Shown in pieces: positions 47,546-49,367 of a stretch of DNA of 49,367 bases. This stretch comes from Chiloscyllium plagiosum (Eukaryota): assembly GCF_004010195.1 (NCBI RefSeq), contig NC_057754.1:5799767-5849133 (forward strand), given 5' to 3'. Position 1 is the first letter of the stretch. Each line of letters opens with the position of its first letter. The notes under the pieces were generated by a model, which saw nothing but the letters and a program-made list of their open reading frames with translations, made no database searches and was not told where the DNA came from. Both the position numbers and the translations under genes were made by a program.

Positions 47546-47664
47546 GGTTTGGTGATCAGTTCTAGCCTTGCCCACACACAAACACAGCCACAGGGTGGTG
47601 GGAAACGGGAACTCACTGTCTGTAAGGGTGACAGAAGGAGAAACTCTCCAAATGTTGAAGATGC

Positions 47665-48202
47665 TGTTATGAAGTTGAAGGTGAATACTGTACCTTTAAG
47701 GGAGAGTGAAGGATGTTTTGGCAGTGAGAGCAACTGTCGTGTGACTTGACAATGACTTGAAAATATGTAACATTTGGTTGTAAACTAGATACTTAGTAGT
47801 TTGACCACCATTTGAATTCAACCAATCAATTTAAATTATGCCCCAGCAAACTAAAACCCAATGGAATTTGAATTTTACCGGTTTGACAACTTAGAACCAG
47901 TGAGATGATCCGATATTTGGGGTAACAAAGGTCAGCATTTTGAGAGTTAGCTGGAGAGAGAGAGAGAGAGAGACTGCCATCCAAAACACTCTCGATCAAA
48001 GGTACTTTTTTTACCCTTGCAGCAGAAGTCTAAAGACGACCCAGGGAGATCTACAAACAGGAAGATCGACACCGGATTTGAAAATTAATATGTTGCACAT
48101 TTTAATTGGGGTTCATTGGATCAGTATATTATTATAGTGTTGGACATAGAAAACAGATCTTTAAGAGAAAAGTGGTTCAGAGTTGTAAATAGTTATTGTT
48201 TA
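47665..48202 (+). mobile_element. Gypsy-like LTR, 5' part, interrupted by CR1
   Basis: Starts TGTTATGAAG..tactgtacctttaagggagag; several CCAAT-like boxes and a (GA)n tract; family assignment from recall, second terminus not visible. Confidence 0.5.
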
Positions 48203-49367
48203 CATAGAACATAGAAAAGTACAGTACAGAACAGGCCCTTTGGCCCACGATGTTGTGACAAGGATTAATCCTAATGTAAAATAAAATAACTTAACCTATG
48301 CACCCCTCAATTCACTGCTATCCATGTGCATGTCCAGTAGTTGCTTAATTATCCCTAATGACTCTGCTTCCACCACTGGCAACAGCATTCCATACGTTCA
48401 CAACTCTCTGCGTAAAGAACCTACCTCTGATGACCCGTTGAACCCTTCTCTTAATAGCTTAAAACTATGACTCCTCGTGCCAGTCAATCCTGCCCTATGG
48501 AAAAGTCTCTGGCTATTGACTCTATCTAGTATTCTCATTACCTTGTATACCTCGATCAGGTCTCCTCTCCTCCTCCTTCTCTCCAGAGAGAAAAGTCTGA
48601 GCTTCGTCAATCCCTCTTCATAAGGCAAGCCCTCCAGTCCAGCCAGCCCTGATAAACATTCTTTGCACCCTCTCCAAAGCCTCTGCATCTTTCCTTAATA
48701 CAGTGCAATTATTATATATAAGATATATTAGCAACAAAGGGATTTTAAAAATGATATTCGTGAATTTGAGAATAATGAGACTTAAACTTGATTCCCCTGT
48801 AAATGAAAGCCAAAACACCACATGCTTTCGAAATAACCCTATCCACTTGGGTGGAATATTTGCGGGAACTATATACTTGAACACAAAGTTCCCTCTGTTC
48901 CTCCACACTGCCAAGAATATGGTCTTTAATCCTGTGTTCAGCGTTCTAGTTCAACCTTTCAAATTGCATTATTTCGCATTTATCCAGGTTTAATTCCATC
49001 TGCCATTTTTCAACCCAGATCTGCATCCTGTCTATGTTGTGCTGCAGCCTGCAATAGCCCTCGATACTATCAACAGCGCCTCTAACCTATGTGCCATCTG
49101 CAAATTTACTAACCCACCCCTCAATCTCCTCATCCAAGTCATTTATAAAAAAACTACAAAAAGCAGAGATCCAAGAACAGAACCCTGTGGGACACCACTC
49201 AAGACTGACCTCCAGGCAGAACTTGCCATCTACAACCACTCTCTGCCTTCTGTCAGCTAGCCAATTCTGAATCTAAATAGCCAAATCTCCCAAAACCCAT
49301 ACCTCCTGACTTTATGGATGAGCCTACCATGGGGAACCTTATCAAATGCCTTGCTGAAGTCCTTATA
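48203..49367 (-). mobile_element. CR1 LINE, 3' ~1.2 kb (continues beyond window)
   Basis: (CATAGAA)n tail; ORF GLPYEEGLTKLRLFSLERRRRRGDLIEVYKVMR; ccatctgcaaattt (KFAD); gaaccctgtgggacaccact (SGVPQGS); ggaaccttatcaaatgcc (AFDKVP). Confidence 0.93.

Overview
Eukaryotic, repeat-saturated, gene-poor DNA. The repeat families suggest a cartilaginous fish, probably a shark (inference from HE1/V-SINE-type SINEs, CR1 LINEs, Neptune-type Penelope elements and the shark-style 'MEGK..SG..FTC' zinc-finger start). I find no intact protein-coding gene; the ORF track consists of transposon fragments or repeat artefacts. 1-14.5 kb: at least five decayed tRNA genes (Ser, Asn, Ser, Asp, His), a C2H2 zinc-finger pseudogene, a Penelope 3' fragment (GIY-YIG), a truncated ERV (LTR, tRNA-Pro PBS, hairpin leader) and a CCAAT/NRF1-like promoter relic. 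16.5-22.6 kb: two abutting minisatellites (~32 bp and 45 bp). 22.6-33.3 kb: nested CR1, SINE and Penelope debris with a 500-N gap. 33.4-46.6 kb: a 13-kb array of a 46-bp satellite with higher-order structure. 47-49.4 kb: a second ZNF pseudogene, a Gypsy-like LTR and a CR1. The most notable signal is a family of ~180-205 bp fold-back, TSD-flanked, Penelope-derived elements that carry minimal hammerhead ribozyme cores (CTGANGA-stem-GAAA-NUH) and repeatedly insert into the 46-bp satellite. Repeat boundaries were read by eye and are approximate.
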